DNA from: an uncultured Actinomycetota bacterium
GTDB lineage: Bacteria; Actinomycetota; Actinomycetes; CAVWCF01
Reading direction: 5' to 3'
Length of the DNA stretch: 64,000 bases
NCBI GenBank assembly: GCA_963753435.1
Contig: CAVWCF010000001.1
Coordinates: forward strand, 640,001-704,000
Position numbers and translations under genes: made by a program. Positions 43,529 to 58,375 of this stretch are shown in pieces; within the stretch, counting starts at the first letter, position 1; each line of letters opens with the position of its first letter. The notes under the pieces were generated by a model. It was given only the letters and a program-made list of their open reading frames with translations. It did no database searches and was not told the origin of the DNA.

Positions 43529-45031
43529 CTATTCGGTGACGCCAAGACGCTCGAGCAGGAGTTCACGGACCCGGGCGGCATCCGCCTGACCGCGTGTCGT
43601 CTTCATCACGGCACCCACGAGCACGCCAGCGGCTTGCACCTTGCCGCCAGCCACCTTCTCGGCAACATCGGGGTGGGCCGCGATCGCTTCGTCCAAGGCA
43701 GCGACCAGAGCCGAGTCGTCCGAAACAACCCCTAGTCCACGAGCCTCAACCACGACCTCAGGGCCGCCCTCGCCGGCGAGCACGCCCTCGATCACCTGCC
43801 GGGCCAACTTGTCGTTGATCCGCCCGGCGTCAACAAGAGCCACGAGTTGCGCCACATCGCCTGGAGTAATCGCCAGCGCGGCCAGGTCCACTTCGGCCTC
43901 GTTGGCCAGGCGAGCCAACTCCCCCAGCCACCACTTCCGGGCAGCGGCGGGCGCGGCCCCGGCCTCTACGGTCGCCTCGATCAACTCGATGGCACCGGCG
44001 TTAGCAGCCGACGCCAAGTCCTCGTCGGAGAAGCCCCAGGCCTGCTGCAGCCGGCGGCGCCGTTGCAGCGGCGGCTCCGGCAGCGTCGCCCGCAGCGCCT
44101 CCACCCACTCCGGGTCCGGCGCGATCGGCGTCAGGTCCGGCTCGGGGAAGTAGCGGTAGTCCTCCGCCTCCTCCTTGGTCCGTCCCGACGTCGTCGAACC
44201 GTCGGTCTCGTGGAAGTGGCGTGTCTCCTGGATGATCGTGCCGCCGTCGCTGAGAACCGCCGCCTGTCGACAGATCTCGTAGGTGACGGCCCGCTCGACG
44301 CTGCGCAGGGAGTTCACGTTCTTGGTCTCGGTGCGGGTTCCGAACTCCCGCGCCCCCGTCGGCTTCAGCGACAGGTTCGCATCGCAACGCAGCGACCCTT
44401 GGTGCATATGGGCGTCGGATACGTCCAACGCCACGATGAGGTCGCGCAACTCCGTCACGTAGGCGCGGGCCACCTCCGGGGCGATCTCGCCGGGCACCTC
44501 GATCGGCTTGGTGACGATCTCAATCAGCGGCACACCCGCACGGTTGAAGTCCACCAACGAGTAGTCCGCACCGTGGATACGACCGGTGGCCCCGCCCACG
44601 TGGGTGTTCTTGCCGGTGTCCTCTTCCATGTGGGCGCGCTCGATACCGATCCGGAACACCTGGCCGGCCGCCTCGACGTCCAGGTAACCGTCAAACGCGA
44701 TCGGCTCGTCGTACTGCGACGTCTGGAAGTTCTTCGGCATGTCCGGGTAGAAGTAGTTCTTGCGCGCGAACCTTGACCACGGCGCAATCGAGCAGTTCAG
44801 CGCCAGGCCGATACGCACCGCGGCCTCCACTGCGGCCTCGTTCACGACCGGCAGGGCGCCGGGCAACCCCAGACACGTCGGGCATACCTGGCTGTTCGGC
44901 TCGGCACCGAAGACCGTGGAGCAGCCGCAGAACATCTTCGACGCCGTGGACAACTCGACGTGGACCTCCAGGCCCATCACCGGGTCGTACTTGGCGATCG
45001 CATCCTCAAAGCGCATCAGCGAAGCAGTCAC
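43529..45031 (-). CDS. gatB: Asp/Glu-tRNA amidotransferase subunit B
   Basis: [21 protein letters not shown] and YRYFPEPDL motifs; GTGA overlap with gatA. Confidence 0.97.
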   Translation of the reverse strand: MTASLMRFEDAIAKYDPVMGLEVHVELSTASKMFCGCSTVFGAEPNSQVCPTCLGLPGALPVVNEAAVEAAVRIGLALNCSIAPWSRFARKNYFYPDMPKNFQTSQYDEPIAFDGYLDVEAAGQVFRIGIERAHMEEDTGKNTHVGGATGRIHGADYSLVDFNRAGVPLIEIVTKPIEVPGEIAPEVARAYVTELRDLIVALDVSDAHMHQGSLRCDANLSLKPTGAREFGTRTETKNVNSLRSVERAVTYEICRQAAVLSDGGTIIQETRHFHETDGSTTSGRTKEEAEDYRYFPEPDLTPIAPDPEWVEALRATLPEPPLQRRRRLQQAWGFSDEDLASAANAGAIELIEATVEAGAAPAAARKWWLGELARLANEAEVDLAALAITPGDVAQLVALVDAGRINDKLARQVIEGVLAGEGGPEVVVEARGLGVVSDDSALVAALDEAIAAHPDVAEKVAGGKVQAAGVLVGAVMKTTRGQADAARVRELLLERLGVTE

Positions 45032-46518
45032 AGCGCCGGCGCCTCCTCGATCAGGTGGTGACCCCATCGGTCCACCAACGCACGCTCCAAGGCCGCCGCC
45101 ACCTGGTAGGCGCGGTCATCGGCCATCACCGGAGCCATCACCTGCACTCCGACCGGGAGTCCGTGCGCCCCCAGCCCCGCGGGCACGGAGACAGCCGGAC
45201 CCCCGTACAGCGAACTTGGCAGCGTGCACAGGTCCGCGGCGTACATCGCCAGCGGGTCATCCGCCCGCTCGCCGATCTCGAAAGCAACCGTCGGAGTAGT
45301 GGGGCTGAGGAGCACGTCCACGTTCGCGAAAGCGGCCTCGAAGTCCCGGCTGATGAGAGTGCGGACCTTCTGCGCCTGGCCGTAGTAGGCGTCGTAGTAA
45401 CCCGCGCTCAGGGCGTAGGCGCCGAGCATGATCCGACGCTTGACCTCGGCTCCGAAGCCGCTCTCCCGAGTGGCCGCCATGACGTGTTCCACACCGGCGT
45501 CACCGTCGTCGACACGCAACCCGTATCGCATGGCGTCGAACCGGGCCAGGTTCGACGACGCCTCGCTTGGTGCGATGAGGTAGTAGGCGGGCAGCGCGTA
45601 GGTGAAGTGCGGGCAGGAGACCTCGGTCACGGTCGCACCGGCTTCGGTCAGCAACGCCACCGCCTCGTTGAAGCGCTGCAGCACCTCCGGTTCGTAGCCG
45701 TCGCCGGAAAGCTCGGTCACCACACCGATCCGCATTCCCGAAACGTCGCCGCGACGGGCCGCCTCGACCACCGGGGGCACCGAAGCCTGGATGGAGGTGG
45801 CGTCGAGTGGGTCGTGCCCGGCCATGACCTCGTGCAGCAACGCCGCATCAAGGACAGTGCGGGCGAACGGGCCGGCCTGGTCCAGCGACGAGGAGAACGC
45901 GATGAGGCCGTAGCGCGAAACCCCACCGTACGTCGGCTTTGCGCCGACGATCCCGGTCACGGCGGCCGGCTGCCGGATGGACCCACCCGTGTCGGTGCCG
46001 ATGCCCAGCGGTGCCTCATACGCCGCCACCGCAGCCGAGGACCCACCCGATGAACCGCCGGGGATTCGCGAGGTGTCCCACGGGTTGTGGGTGGGGTGAA
46101 ACGCGGAGTTCTCCGTGGACGAGCCCATTGCGAACTCGTCCATGTTGGTCTTGCCCAGGACGACGACGCCGGCGTCCTTGAGTTTGCGCGTGACGGTTGC
46201 GTCGTATGGCGGGACCCAGCCATCGAGGATCTTCGAGCCGGCCGTAGTCGGCACGCCCTCGGTGACCAAGACGTCCTTCAGCGCGAGCGGGACGCCGGCC
46301 AGCGGGCCCAGGGGTTGGCCGGCAGCGCGCTGCTCGTCCACCTTGGCTGCGGCGGCCAACGCACCGTCGGCGTCGACATGTAGGAACGCCCTAATGCTCG
46401 GGTCCACCGCGCCGATTCGGTCCAGATGCGCCTGGGCCACCTCCACGGCGGAGGTGGTGCCGTCGGCCACCCATTCGGCGAGTTGGGCCGCAGTTGCCCT
46501 GGTGAGTTCGGCGGACAT
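45028..46518 (-). CDS. gatA: Asp/Glu-tRNA amidotransferase subunit A
   Basis: [20 protein letters not shown] and [11 protein letters not shown] motifs. Confidence 0.97.
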   Translation of the reverse strand: MSAELTRATAAQLAEWVADGTTSAVEVAQAHLDRIGAVDPSIRAFLHVDADGALAAAAKVDEQRAAGQPLGPLAGVPLALKDVLVTEGVPTTAGSKILDGWVPPYDATVTRKLKDAGVVVLGKTNMDEFAMGSSTENSAFHPTHNPWDTSRIPGGSSGGSSAAVAAYEAPLGIGTDTGGSIRQPAAVTGIVGAKPTYGGVSRYGLIAFSSSLDQAGPFARTVLDAALLHEVMAGHDPLDATSIQASVPPVVEAARRGDVSGMRIGVVTELSGDGYEPEVLQRFNEAVALLTEAGATVTEVSCPHFTYALPAYYLIAPSEASSNLARFDAMRYGLRVDDGDAGVEHVMAATRESGFGAEVKRRIMLGAYALSAGYYDAYYGQAQKVRTLISRDFEAAFANVDVLLSPTTPTVAFEIGERADDPLAMYAADLCTLPSSLYGGPAVSVPAGLGAHGLPVGVQVMAPVMADDRAYQVAAALERALVDRWGHHLIEEAPAL

Positions 46519-46814
46519 CAGTCCTCCTCCAGGATTCGCGGCACCCGGAACCGGCCATCCTCGGTCGCCGGCGCTGCCGCCAACGCCTGTGCGGCGGTGA
46601 GGCCGGGCCGCACTGCGTCCGGCCTGCTGACGTTCGTGGACGGCACCGCGTGGGTGGTCGGCGGGATGTCGTCGGCGGCCACCTCAGCCACTCGGGCGAC
46701 CGCGGACAGGATGAGGCCCAGCTGGCCGCCGAGGTGGTCCATCTCTTCCTCATTCAGGGCCAGGCGGGACAGTCGCGCAAGGTGCGCGACTTCTGCACGC
46801 GACAGCGATGACAT
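46518..46814 (-). CDS. gatC: Asp/Glu-tRNA amidotransferase subunit C
   Basis: [10 protein letters not shown]...FRVPRIL; position before gatA. Confidence 0.95.
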   Translation of the reverse strand: MSSLSRAEVAHLARLSRLALNEEEMDHLGGQLGLILSAVARVAEVAADDIPPTTHAVPSTNVSRPDAVRPGLTAAQALAAAPATEDGRFRVPRILEED

Positions 46815-46853
46815 GGCCTGGGCTCCGATTCGGGCAGCGGGAGGAAGCGCCGC

Positions 46854-50101
<3,248 letters not shown>

Positions 50102-50135
50102 GCGCGCAGGCTAGGGCCGCTGCCACGATGGGCGC

Positions 50136-50822
50136 GTGGACGACGTCGTAACGGTGCCGGTGTGGGTCGATGCCATGGCGGTGACCGTCGGTGCCATCGC
50201 CGGTGCGCTGCACGCGGAGAAGAAGCGCCTGGACATCGTGGGGATCCTGCTGCTGGCGGTGACCCTCGGTATGGGTGGCGGCATCATCCGCGACCTGCTC
50301 CTGGCCCAGGGCACTCCCGTCTTCTTGACCACTCCGCTGTATCTGACGCTGGCGCTGGTCGTCGGCCTCGTCGCGTTCTTCTTCGCGGCGACGCTGTCTC
50401 GGGCGAACCCGTTGCTCATCATCTTCGACGTCTTCGGTGTCGGGTTGTTCGCGATGATCGGTGCCAACAAGGCGCTGCTGGTCGGCCTCGACGTGCTGCC
50501 GGCCATCTTCGTCGGCGCCGCGGCCGGGGTCGGCGGCGGCGTGATGCGGGACGTCCTTTGCGGCGACGTACCGGTGATCATGCTGCCCGGACGGCTGAAC
50601 GCCGTGGCGACCGTCCTCGGGGTGGGCGTCTTCGTTGCGCTCGCGGAATACACCGACCTGACCGCGGAAGCTGCCGCCGTCATTGGCGTCGCCTTCGTCG
50701 CCGCACTCAGATTCCTGTCGGCCGGCCTGGGCTGGGAATCGCCGCAGCCGATGGGGCTCGATCGACGGGTCAGGCGGTGGTGGCGACGGCGGCAGTCTCC
50801 AGCACCCGGGCCGACCCGATAA
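50136..50822 (+). CDS. Trimeric intracellular cation channel (UPF0126) family membrane protein
   Basis: Duplicated GGGIIRD / GGGVMRD motifs; about 7 TM helices. Confidence 0.88.
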   Translation: MDDVVTVPVWVDAMAVTVGAIAGALHAEKKRLDIVGILLLAVTLGMGGGIIRDLLLAQGTPVFLTTPLYLTLALVVGLVAFFFAATLSRANPLLIIFDVFGVGLFAMIGANKALLVGLDVLPAIFVGAAAGVGGGVMRDVLCGDVPVIMLPGRLNAVATVLGVGVFVALAEYTDLTAEAAAVIGVAFVAALRFLSAGLGWESPQPMGLDRRVRRWWRRRQSPAPGPTR

Positions 50823-51855
50823 CCCGGTCCCCGTCGTAGAACGCGACCAGTTGACCGGGTGCCACGCCGTACTCGGGCTCCAGCAGCCGAACCTCGACGC
50901 GGCTGTCGGCGCGCTCCAGGATCGCCGGGATGCGGCGTCCATGCGCACGCACCTGAGCTGCACAGCGCTGCGGCGGCTGCGGCGCCGCGAACCATCGGGT
51001 CTGCTCACCAAGAACCCGATCGACAGCCAACTCCGCGCGCGACCCCACCACGACCCGGCCCTGGGCGGGCTCGATGTCGAGCACGTAGCGGGGTTGCCCG
51101 TCGGGAGCGGGCCGACCCAGCCGCAGCCCCCGCCGCTGCCCCACGGTGAACGCCCACGTGCCGTCATGGGTGCCGACCTCGTTGCCCCTTGCGTCCTCGA
51201 TTACCCCCGGCCGCAGCGGCAGTCGGTCGCCCAGGAAGGCGGCGGTGTCGCCATCCGGGATGAAGCAGATGTCGTGCGAGTCCGGCTTGGACGCGACCAG
51301 CAACCCGCGCTCGGCGGCTTCCGCCCGGATCCGATCCTTGGTCGAGTCGCCCAGCGGGAACATCGCACTCTGCAACTGCTCCTGCGTCAGCCCCGCCAGG
51401 ACGTAGGACTGATCCTTGGTCTCGTCAACCGCGCGATGCAGCGCGACGCCGGTGCTCGTCTCGACAAGGCGCGCGTAGTGGCCGGTCGCGATTCGGTCGA
51501 AGCCCAACGCCAGCGCACGCTCGGCGACCGCAGCGAACTTGATCCGCTCATTGCAGCGCAGACACGGGTTAGGCGTGCGCCCGGCCTGGTACTCAGCAAC
51601 GAATTCGTCGATCACGTCGACGGCGAAACGCTCCGCGACGTCCCACACGTAGAAGGGGACGCCGAGTATGTCGGCGACGCGACGGGCATCGTTGGCGTCC
51701 TCCAGGGAGCAGCAGCCGCGGGCCCCCTCGCGATGGGTCCGCGGCTTGGCGGACAACGCCAGGTGCACCGCGGTGACATCGTGGCCGGCGTCGACCAATC
51801 TGGCGGTGGCTACTGCCGAGTCCACTCCGCCGCTCACCGCGGCCAGAACCCTCAT
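50770..51855 (-). CDS. mnmA: tRNA 2-thiouridylase
   Basis: SGGVDS, TPNPC, ATGHY, KDQSY and TVGQRRGL motifs. Confidence 0.96.
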   Translation of the reverse strand: MRVLAAVSGGVDSAVATARLVDAGHDVTAVHLALSAKPRTHREGARGCCSLEDANDARRVADILGVPFYVWDVAERFAVDVIDEFVAEYQAGRTPNPCLRCNERIKFAAVAERALALGFDRIATGHYARLVETSTGVALHRAVDETKDQSYVLAGLTQEQLQSAMFPLGDSTKDRIRAEAAERGLLVASKPDSHDICFIPDGDTAAFLGDRLPLRPGVIEDARGNEVGTHDGTWAFTVGQRRGLRLGRPAPDGQPRYVLDIEPAQGRVVVGSRAELAVDRVLGEQTRWFAAPQPPQRCAAQVRAHGRRIPAILERADSRVEVRLLEPEYGVAPGQLVAFYDGDRVIGSARVLETAAVATTA

Positions 51856-53039
51856 GCCGACGTGGCGCGGCGCAGCCGAGGCGCGACCCGCGCGCGCTCG
51901 ACTGCCGCCGGCAAAGCGGCGAGGAGGGCATCGACGTCGGCGGCTGACGACGTGTGCCCCAGCGTGAACCGAAGCGAGGACCGAGCGCCCGCCTCATCCA
52001 TACCCATGGCGATGAGCACGTGGCTGGGTTGGGCCAACCCCGCCGAGCACGCCGAGCCGGTGCTGCACTCCACACCGCGTGCATCCAGCAGCAGGAGCAA
52101 CGCGTCGCCCTCGCAGCCAGGGAAGGAGAAGTGTGCGTTTCCCGGCAAGCGGCCCGCCGGGTCGGGATCACCGTTGTAGTGCACGTCAGGTACGGCTTCG
52201 GTGACCCGCCGAACGAGGTCCGCACGCATGCCGGCCAGCCGGGCGGACTCGGATTCCTGCTCGGCCGCAGCGGCAACCATCGCGGCAGCGAAGCCGGCAA
52301 TCCCCGCAACGTTGAGTGTGCCCGACCGGACGCCGCGCTCCTGGCCGCCGCCATGCAGTTGGGCGAGCAGGTCAGCCTTGCGGTCCAGCACCAAGGCACC
52401 CACCCCAAGCGGCCCGCCGAGCTTGTGCGCGGTGACCGCCATGGACGTCAAGCCGGACTTGCCGAAATCGACGGGGACACTGCCCACGGCCTGAACCGCG
52501 TCGCTGTGCATGGGGATGCCGTGCTCGGCCGCCAGTCCGGCCACTTCCGGCACGGGTTGGGTGGTGCCGACCTCGTTGTTGGCCCACATCACGGTCACGA
52601 AGGAGACGGAATCCGGGTCTGCGGTCAGTTCGGCAGCAGCCACATCGACGCGCACGCGGCCCAGGCCGTCCACCGGCAGCCAGACGATGTCGGCTTGGCC
52701 GGACTCCTCCAACCAGACGAGCGGGTCCATCACTGCGTGGTGCTCCACGGAACTGGCAAGGATGCGGCGCCGACTCTGATCGGCAGCCCGGCGAGAACCA
52801 TGCAAGCCCTTGACCGCGAGGTTGTCCGCCTCCGTGCCGCCGCTGGTGAAGATGAGGTCACCGGGGCGGCAGCCGAGCACTTGCGCCATCGCTTCTCGGG
52901 ATTCCTCCACAACGCGCCGCGCCCGGCGGCCCGAGGCATGCAGGGATGACGCGTTGCCAGTGTCCATCGCGGCCTTGGCCATCGCCTCAGCGGCTTCCGG
53001 GCGCAACGGCGTGGTTGCCGCGTGGTCGAGGTAGGCCAT
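51852..53039 (-). CDS. iscS: Cysteine desulfurase (IscS/NifS type)
   Basis: [22 protein letters not shown] and STGSAC motifs. Confidence 0.93.
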   Translation of the reverse strand: MAYLDHAATTPLRPEAAEAMAKAAMDTGNASSLHASGRRARRVVEESREAMAQVLGCRPGDLIFTSGGTEADNLAVKGLHGSRRAADQSRRRILASSVEHHAVMDPLVWLEESGQADIVWLPVDGLGRVRVDVAAAELTADPDSVSFVTVMWANNEVGTTQPVPEVAGLAAEHGIPMHSDAVQAVGSVPVDFGKSGLTSMAVTAHKLGGPLGVGALVLDRKADLLAQLHGGGQERGVRSGTLNVAGIAGFAAAMVAAAAEQESESARLAGMRADLVRRVTEAVPDVHYNGDPDPAGRLPGNAHFSFPGCEGDALLLLLDARGVECSTGSACSAGLAQPSHVLIAMGMDEAGARSSLRFTLGHTSSAADVDALLAALPAAVERARVAPRLRRATSA

Positions 53040-53063
53040 GGTGAGCAGAAGTCTAGGCGTGGC

Positions 53064-54185
53064 TCAGCGCAGTTGCCCGTGCGCGGATTCCATTGCAGCC
53101 AATAAAAGGAGCGCGGGCTGTCCGGCTCCGGCGCGCGAGAAGTGGATGCCATCGGATTGCCGGGCCACGACCGTCTTTCCAGCCCGGGTCCAGGTAGCGG
53201 AGTACTTGCCGTTCACGGCAGTTCCGTTGAAGAGGTCCACATGACCGACCCCGGGTTCCACGGCGGCCGCGGTGACCACGGCCGAGTTGATTCGCGCGAA
53301 GATGCGATTCCACTTGGTTTCAGCGGCCGTCGGCGGACCGGACCAGTAGACGGTCGCCCCAGCGGAGGTGAACTGCCGCATCACCGCAACCGCACGTCGG
53401 GCGTACTCCTGCTCCCAAGCGTCGGAGTTGGGGCCCGAGGGCGAGGCACCGGGCGCCCCCATGTTCCAGCCGTCGTTGCCGCCGATGAGCATGATGACCA
53501 CCTCGGGCTTGTTCTCCACCATGAGCTCGGCGGCCTTGGCTTCCCAATTCAAGAACTTGGGGTTGGACAAGCCACTCCCGTTGAACCAGACCTGCGTCAC
53601 ATCCACCAGACCGGCGTCCGCCGTCAGACTCTTGAGGGAATCCCCGACGAACGTCGACAACGAGTCGCCGGTAACGAGTACCCGAAGCGGGGCGGCCGGC
53701 GTAGGGACTCGACCGGCAGGTGGGTCCGTTGTTACCGCCGGTGCTTCGGCCGCCTCGTCGTTGACCGACGGCGCAGCGGCAGAACCCGGCGGAGCCGGTG
53801 CTGCCGCCTTGGGCGGGTCGGGGGTCAACCGTTCCAGCGCAGTTACCTCGGGCAGGGTCACGGATTGGCCGATTACGTCGCCAACCTGCGTTTCCCTTCC
53901 GAACGCCCGATCCAGAGCCGCACGTGAATCGGAGAGACCGACCGTGTCGGCAACAGCGTCGAATGCGGTCGCCACCGCCGTCGCCACGGTCTTGCCCGGC
54001 CCAGACGGCATCCCTTCGGCCGTGCGAACCATGGCGTCCGACGAAAGCAGCCCGGCCACCGTCAGGGCCGTCAGGACTACGACGATTACGTGGGCCACCG
54101 GCCAGGGAGTGCGGCCCGGATCAGCCGCTGGATGGGCCTCGACGACGTCCTCCGACTGCGCGAGCAGGGTGGACGACTGCGACAC
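53064..54185 (-). CDS. Membrane-anchored SGNH protein (DUF459-like)
   Basis: TM helix; VTGDSL, GGND and DGIH blocks; directly downstream of the MBOAT gene. Start approximate. Confidence 0.8.
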   Translation of the reverse strand: MSQSSTLLAQSEDVVEAHPAADPGRTPWPVAHVIVVVLTALTVAGLLSSDAMVRTAEGMPSGPGKTVATAVATAFDAVADTVGLSDSRAALDRAFGRETQVGDVIGQSVTLPEVTALERLTPDPPKAAAPAPPGSAAAPSVNDEAAEAPAVTTDPPAGRVPTPAAPLRVLVTGDSLSTFVGDSLKSLTADAGLVDVTQVWFNGSGLSNPKFLNWEAKAAELMVENKPEVVIMLIGGNDGWNMGAPGASPSGPNSDAWEQEYARRAVAVMRQFTSAGATVYWSGPPTAAETKWNRIFARINSAVVTAAAVEPGVGHVDLFNGTAVNGKYSATWTRAGKTVVARQSDGIHFSRAGAGQPALLLLAAMESAHGQLR

Positions 54186-54219
54186 CGGCGGATCCCTTCT
54201 GAGGCAAGAATCGTAAGCC

Positions 54220-55689
54220 CTAGAACTGGAAGTAGAGGAATGGAGCAGCGCCCTCGGTTCCAGTGGCAACGCTGATCACGACCAGGAACAACCCGGCCAC
54301 CAGCCCCTGTAGCAGCAGCGGCAACCGCCCGTAGGCGGCTTCGATCCCGGCGAAGGTGCGGCGGGGCACAACGTGGGTCGCCGCGCCGGCCAGCAGCGCC
54401 AGTGCCACCGCCGCCGACAGCACAGTCACGGCGCCGGGATCGGCCAGTCGACTCAGCAACTCCACGGCGGTGGCGAACGAGTCGGCCCGGAAGAACACCC
54501 AGGCCAGGCAGACCAGGTTGAACGTCACCAGCAGCGCCAGCGGTCGCGGCAGCGGTCCGAGGACAGTGAGCGGACGAGCGGCTACCGGCACATCGGCGAC
54601 AGCCGATCCGGGGACCGGTGCCGTACTACGACTTCGCCGCGCCGCCCAGGACCGCTCTGCGACCAGATAGGCGCCATGCAAGCCACCCCAAACGACGAAG
54701 GTCCAGGCCGCGCCGTGCCAAAGGCCGCCCAGCAGCATGGTCAGCATCAGGTTGAACGCCGTCCGCCGACGCCCACCGCGGTTGCCGCCCAGCGGGATGT
54801 AGAGGTAGTCCCGCAGCCAGCGCGACAAGGTCATGTGCCAACGGCGCCAGAAGTCCTGAACCGACCAGGCCCGATACGGGTGGTCGAAGTTCTGGGGGAA
54901 TCGGAACCCAAGCAGCAGGGCTACCCCGATGGCGATGTCGGTGTACGCGGAGAAGTCGCAGTAGATCTGCAGTGCGTAGGCGTAGACGGCCAGCAGCACA
55001 TCCGGCGCCGAATATGCCGCCGGCACCGCGAAGACCGGATCCACCACCTGCACCGCCAAGGTGTCTGCGATCAGCACCTTCTTGACCAGGCCACCGGCAA
55101 TCAGGAACAGGGCGCCCACGGCGGGGATCCGGCGCGGATCCCGCGGGGTCGCCAGTTGCGGCAGGAATTCCCGGGCCCGGACGATCGGTCCGGCGACCAG
55201 TTGCGGGAAGAACGCCAGGTACACGGCGAAGTCGGCCCAGGACGCCGGGCGCAGCAACCCCCGGTACACGTCGACGACGTAGGACAGCGCCTGGAACGTG
55301 TAGAAGGAGATCCCGACAGGCAACAGGATCTGCAGCAGCGGCAGCGGCGCCTCCAACCCGAAGCGCCCGAGCAGCTCCGCCACCGTCGTAACGAAGAAGT
55401 CGTAGTACTTGAAGAAGCCGAGGATGCCGAGATCGGCGGCGACGACGCTGATCAGCCAGATCCGGGCAGCCCGGGCGTTGGGTGCGCGGGCGATCCCGAC
55501 AGCGGCGACTTGGTTGATGACTGTCATGGCCGCCAGCAGCGCCATGTACCGCCACTCCGCGAAGCCGTAGAAGACGTACGACGAGACGAGAATGAAGGCC
55601 TTCCACGCCCGCGGTACGGGCATCAGCAGCCAGTTCCCGACGAGGACGACGGCGAAGAAGGCCGCGAACTCAATCGTCGGGAAGATCAA
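54220..55689 (-). CDS. MBOAT O-acyltransferase (AlgI/PatA/DltB-like)
   Basis: LPVGISFYTFQ, FFPQLVAGPI, FWRRWH..LS.WLRDY.YIPLGG and GLWHGA motifs; TTG start. Confidence 0.93.
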   Translation of the reverse strand: MIFPTIEFAAFFAVVLVGNWLLMPVPRAWKAFILVSSYVFYGFAEWRYMALLAAMTVINQVAAVGIARAPNARAARIWLISVVAADLGILGFFKYYDFFVTTVAELLGRFGLEAPLPLLQILLPVGISFYTFQALSYVVDVYRGLLRPASWADFAVYLAFFPQLVAGPIVRAREFLPQLATPRDPRRIPAVGALFLIAGGLVKKVLIADTLAVQVVDPVFAVPAAYSAPDVLLAVYAYALQIYCDFSAYTDIAIGVALLLGFRFPQNFDHPYRAWSVQDFWRRWHMTLSRWLRDYLYIPLGGNRGGRRRTAFNLMLTMLLGGLWHGAAWTFVVWGGLHGAYLVAERSWAARRSRSTAPVPGSAVADVPVAARPLTVLGPLPRPLALLVTFNLVCLAWVFFRADSFATAVELLSRLADPGAVTVLSAAVALALLAGAATHVVPRRTFAGIEAAYGRLPLLLQGLVAGLFLVVISVATGTEGAAPFLYFQF

Positions 55690-55727
55690 TGCAGGCTCCG
55701 TTCGGTGTGCGGAGGGTAGGCCAACGA

Positions 55728-55764
55728 GAAACGGCCGGGGCGGTTCTCGCCCCGGCCGTTCTTT
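55728..55764. terminator. Terminator after etfA
   Basis: AACGGCCGGGGCG-n5-CGCCCCGGCCGTT 13-bp stem. Confidence 0.8.
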
Positions 55765-55776
55765 CAGTTCGTTGGC

Positions 55777-56730
55777 TCAGCCTTTGCGCTTGCGCACCTC
55801 GTCGGTCAACTGCGGGACCACGTTGAACAAGTCACCGACAACGCCGTAGTCGGCCAGCTCGAAGATCGGCGCCTCTTCGTCCTTGTTGATCGCCACGATG
55901 GTCTTGGACGTCTGCATGCCCGCTCTGTGCTGGATCGCACCGGAGATACCGGCGGCCACATACAGCTGCGGTGAGACGGTCTTGCCGGTCTGGCCAACCT
56001 GGAACTGGTGCGGGTAGTAGCCGGAGTCGGTGGCCGCACGCGACGCACCGACGGCTGCACCCATCGCATCAGCGAGCGACTCGATCAGCGCGAAGTCATC
56101 GGCGCTGCCCACACCGCGACCGCCGGACACGACAATGGCCGCCTCCGTCAGGTCCGGTCGACCACCCCGCTCGGCAACGACACGGTCGGTGACCTTGGCC
56201 GCCGTGTCAGCCGGCGACAGGCTGACCGACACGTCGACGCGCTCAGCCGCACCCGTTGCGGCGACCGGCGACGTCGAGTTGGGGCGAACCGTGATGATCG
56301 GCGTTCCCTTGGTGACGGAGGAGTGCACGATCGTCGAACCGCCGAACACCGACTGCTCCGCAACGCCCTCGGCTGACACCGCCACGGCATCTGTCAGCAC
56401 GCCGGATCCCGTGCGGATCGCGAGGCGACCTGCGGTCTCCTTGCCATCCGGCGTGGACGCAAGCAGCACAGCGGCCGGCTGTGCGTCGGCCACGACCTGC
56501 GCCAGAACCGCGGTCGCCGGTCCGCTGACGTGCGAGGCGTACTCCGCGCCCTCGGCCACGTAGACCTTCTCGGCGCCGAACTCGGCCAGCCGCGGCTGCG
56601 CCGCGTCGAAGCCCGCACCAACGAAGACGGCCGCCGGAGTACCCAGCTGACGCGCCAACGTGAGTAACTCGGTCGTCACCTTCTTAACCGCACCGTCGAC
56701 GTGCTCGACGAGAACCAGTACTTCAGCCAT
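55777..56730 (-). CDS. etfA: Electron transfer flavoprotein alpha subunit
   Basis: VSGGRG, GASRAA, QVGQTG and GISGAIQH motifs. Confidence 0.96.
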   Translation of the reverse strand: MAEVLVLVEHVDGAVKKVTTELLTLARQLGTPAAVFVGAGFDAAQPRLAEFGAEKVYVAEGAEYASHVSGPATAVLAQVVADAQPAAVLLASTPDGKETAGRLAIRTGSGVLTDAVAVSAEGVAEQSVFGGSTIVHSSVTKGTPIITVRPNSTSPVAATGAAERVDVSVSLSPADTAAKVTDRVVAERGGRPDLTEAAIVVSGGRGVGSADDFALIESLADAMGAAVGASRAATDSGYYPHQFQVGQTGKTVSPQLYVAAGISGAIQHRAGMQTSKTIVAINKDEEAPIFELADYGVVGDLFNVVPQLTDEVRKRKG

Positions 56731-56746
56731 CAGATCTCCCTCGCCC

Positions 56747-57526
56747 TCAGAGCAGCTTCTGCTCGGTCAGGTAGTCGGCGATCTTCGTGCCGCCGTCACC
56801 TTCGTCAGCTACGCGCACGCCGGCCGCACGCGGCGGCCGGGCGGCAAAGTCGGAGACAGTGCTCCAGGCAGCGGCCAGCCCGACCTCAGCCGCATCCAGA
56901 CCCAGGTCCGCGACCGCGTAGGTCTCAACCGGCTTCTTCTTCGCGGCCATGATCCCCTTGAACGACGGGTACCGCGGCGGGCTCGTCTTCTCGACGATCG
57001 AGATGACCGCCGGCGTGGTTCCGGTCACGACGTCGTGGCCGGTCTCCGTCTGCCGGTGCACGGTCACGTCTGTGCCGTTGACCTCGACATGGTTGGCGAA
57101 GGTCAACTGCGGCAGGGAAAGCCGCTCGGCGATCATCGCCGGCACTACGGACATGCGGGCGTCGGTGGACTCCGAGCCGAACAGCACGAGGTCGAACTCG
57201 AGCTTGGCCAGGGCTCCCGCAATCAGCGCCGACGTCGCGACGGCATCCGAGCCGTGGATGGCGTCATCGAGAACGTGGACACCCTTGTCGGCGCCCATCG
57301 ACAACGCCTTTCGGATGGCGTCGGCGGCACGATCCGGGCCGACCGACAGCACGGTCACCTCGCCACCGTGCTCCTCCACCAACTTCAGTGCCGTTTCGAC
57401 GGCTTCCTCGTCCACCTCGTTGACGATGACGTCGGCCGCAGCGCGGTCGAGGGTCTTGTCGTCCGGGTTGAGTTTCTTCTCGGCCCAGGTGTCTGGAACC
57501 TGCTTTACGCAAACAACGATGTTCAT
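56747..57526 (-). CDS. etfB: Electron transfer flavoprotein beta subunit
   Basis: MNIVVCVKQVPD, LSMGAD and PRYPSFKGIM motifs; AAGGAGG SD. Confidence 0.96.
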   Translation of the reverse strand: MNIVVCVKQVPDTWAEKKLNPDDKTLDRAAADVIVNEVDEEAVETALKLVEEHGGEVTVLSVGPDRAADAIRKALSMGADKGVHVLDDAIHGSDAVATSALIAGALAKLEFDLVLFGSESTDARMSVVPAMIAERLSLPQLTFANHVEVNGTDVTVHRQTETGHDVVTGTTPAVISIVEKTSPPRYPSFKGIMAAKKKPVETYAVADLGLDAAEVGLAAAWSTVSDFAARPPRAAGVRVADEGDGGTKIADYLTEQKLL

Positions 57527-57644
57527 GCGCGCGGAGTCGACCTCCTTCATGCGCCCGAGCGGCGCGGGGGCAAAAAGCCCGACGTTTTGGATCAGTGTGC
57601 CAGCGGCGAGCAAATCCGCCCGCAGCGGGTGTCAATGCGGAATG

Positions 57645-58331
57645 TTACTCGCCAGTAGGGATAGCCCGCATCTCGCCGGGGCCGGCCTGGTTCGGCCCGC
57701 CGGACAGGTCACGAACCACCCGGGCCGGAACGCCGGCCAGCACCTGGTGCGGACCGTGCATGCCGCGCAGGACTGCGCCCGCGGCCAGCACACTGCCGGG
57801 GCCCAAACTGCTGCCCCGCAGCACGGTCGTCTTCGTCCCGAGCCAGGACCCCGCACCGATGCGAATCGGCGACATGGCCAGGCCCTGGTCCTTGATGGGG
57901 CGGGACGGGTCGGTGGCAATGTGGTCGAAATCCCCGATGTAGACATCGTCGGCAACCAGGGTCGCCGCCCCGATCTCGATGTCCAGGTAGCAATTGATGG
58001 TGTCGCGGCAGCCGAGCACCACCTTGTCATGGATCCGCAGCGTGCCTTCGTGCGCACGCAGGGCGGTTGCGTCGCCCACATGCACCCATCGACCCAGGAT
58101 CAATCGCCCGTAGCCGGGTCGACACTCAAGTTGCACTCCTCGACCGAGGAAGACGAACCCCTCGGTGACGATGTCCGGGCGACGCAAGCGCAGCCAGGCG
58201 TACCGCAGGTACCCGATCAGATGCTGCGGCGTGAACGCCCGCTGCCGCCAAACCCACCGCAACGACGGCCACGTGAGCACACGGCACTGCCGCGGGTCCC
58301 GCGCCGGTAGGCCACGCAATCGACGCCACAC
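57645..58331 (-). CDS. Hexapeptide-repeat (LbH) acyltransferase, Rv3034c-like
   Basis: LRAHEG, YIGDFDH, IKDQG and AGVPARVVR motifs; TAGCGT-N7-GTG leaderless start at 58331. Confidence 0.85.
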   Translation of the reverse strand: MWRRLRGLPARDPRQCRVLTWPSLRWVWRQRAFTPQHLIGYLRYAWLRLRRPDIVTEGFVFLGRGVQLECRPGYGRLILGRWVHVGDATALRAHEGTLRIHDKVVLGCRDTINCYLDIEIGAATLVADDVYIGDFDHIATDPSRPIKDQGLAMSPIRIGAGSWLGTKTTVLRGSSLGPGSVLAAGAVLRGMHGPHQVLAGVPARVVRDLSGGPNQAGPGEMRAIPTGE

Positions 58332-58375
58332 GACAATCACGCTATCGCCCGCTCCGTCGGGGCTAGCCTGCGCCA

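Noticed and set aside
57630-57635. Perfect TTGACA upstream of etfB
   Set aside because: No acceptable -10 box at 16-18 nt spacing.
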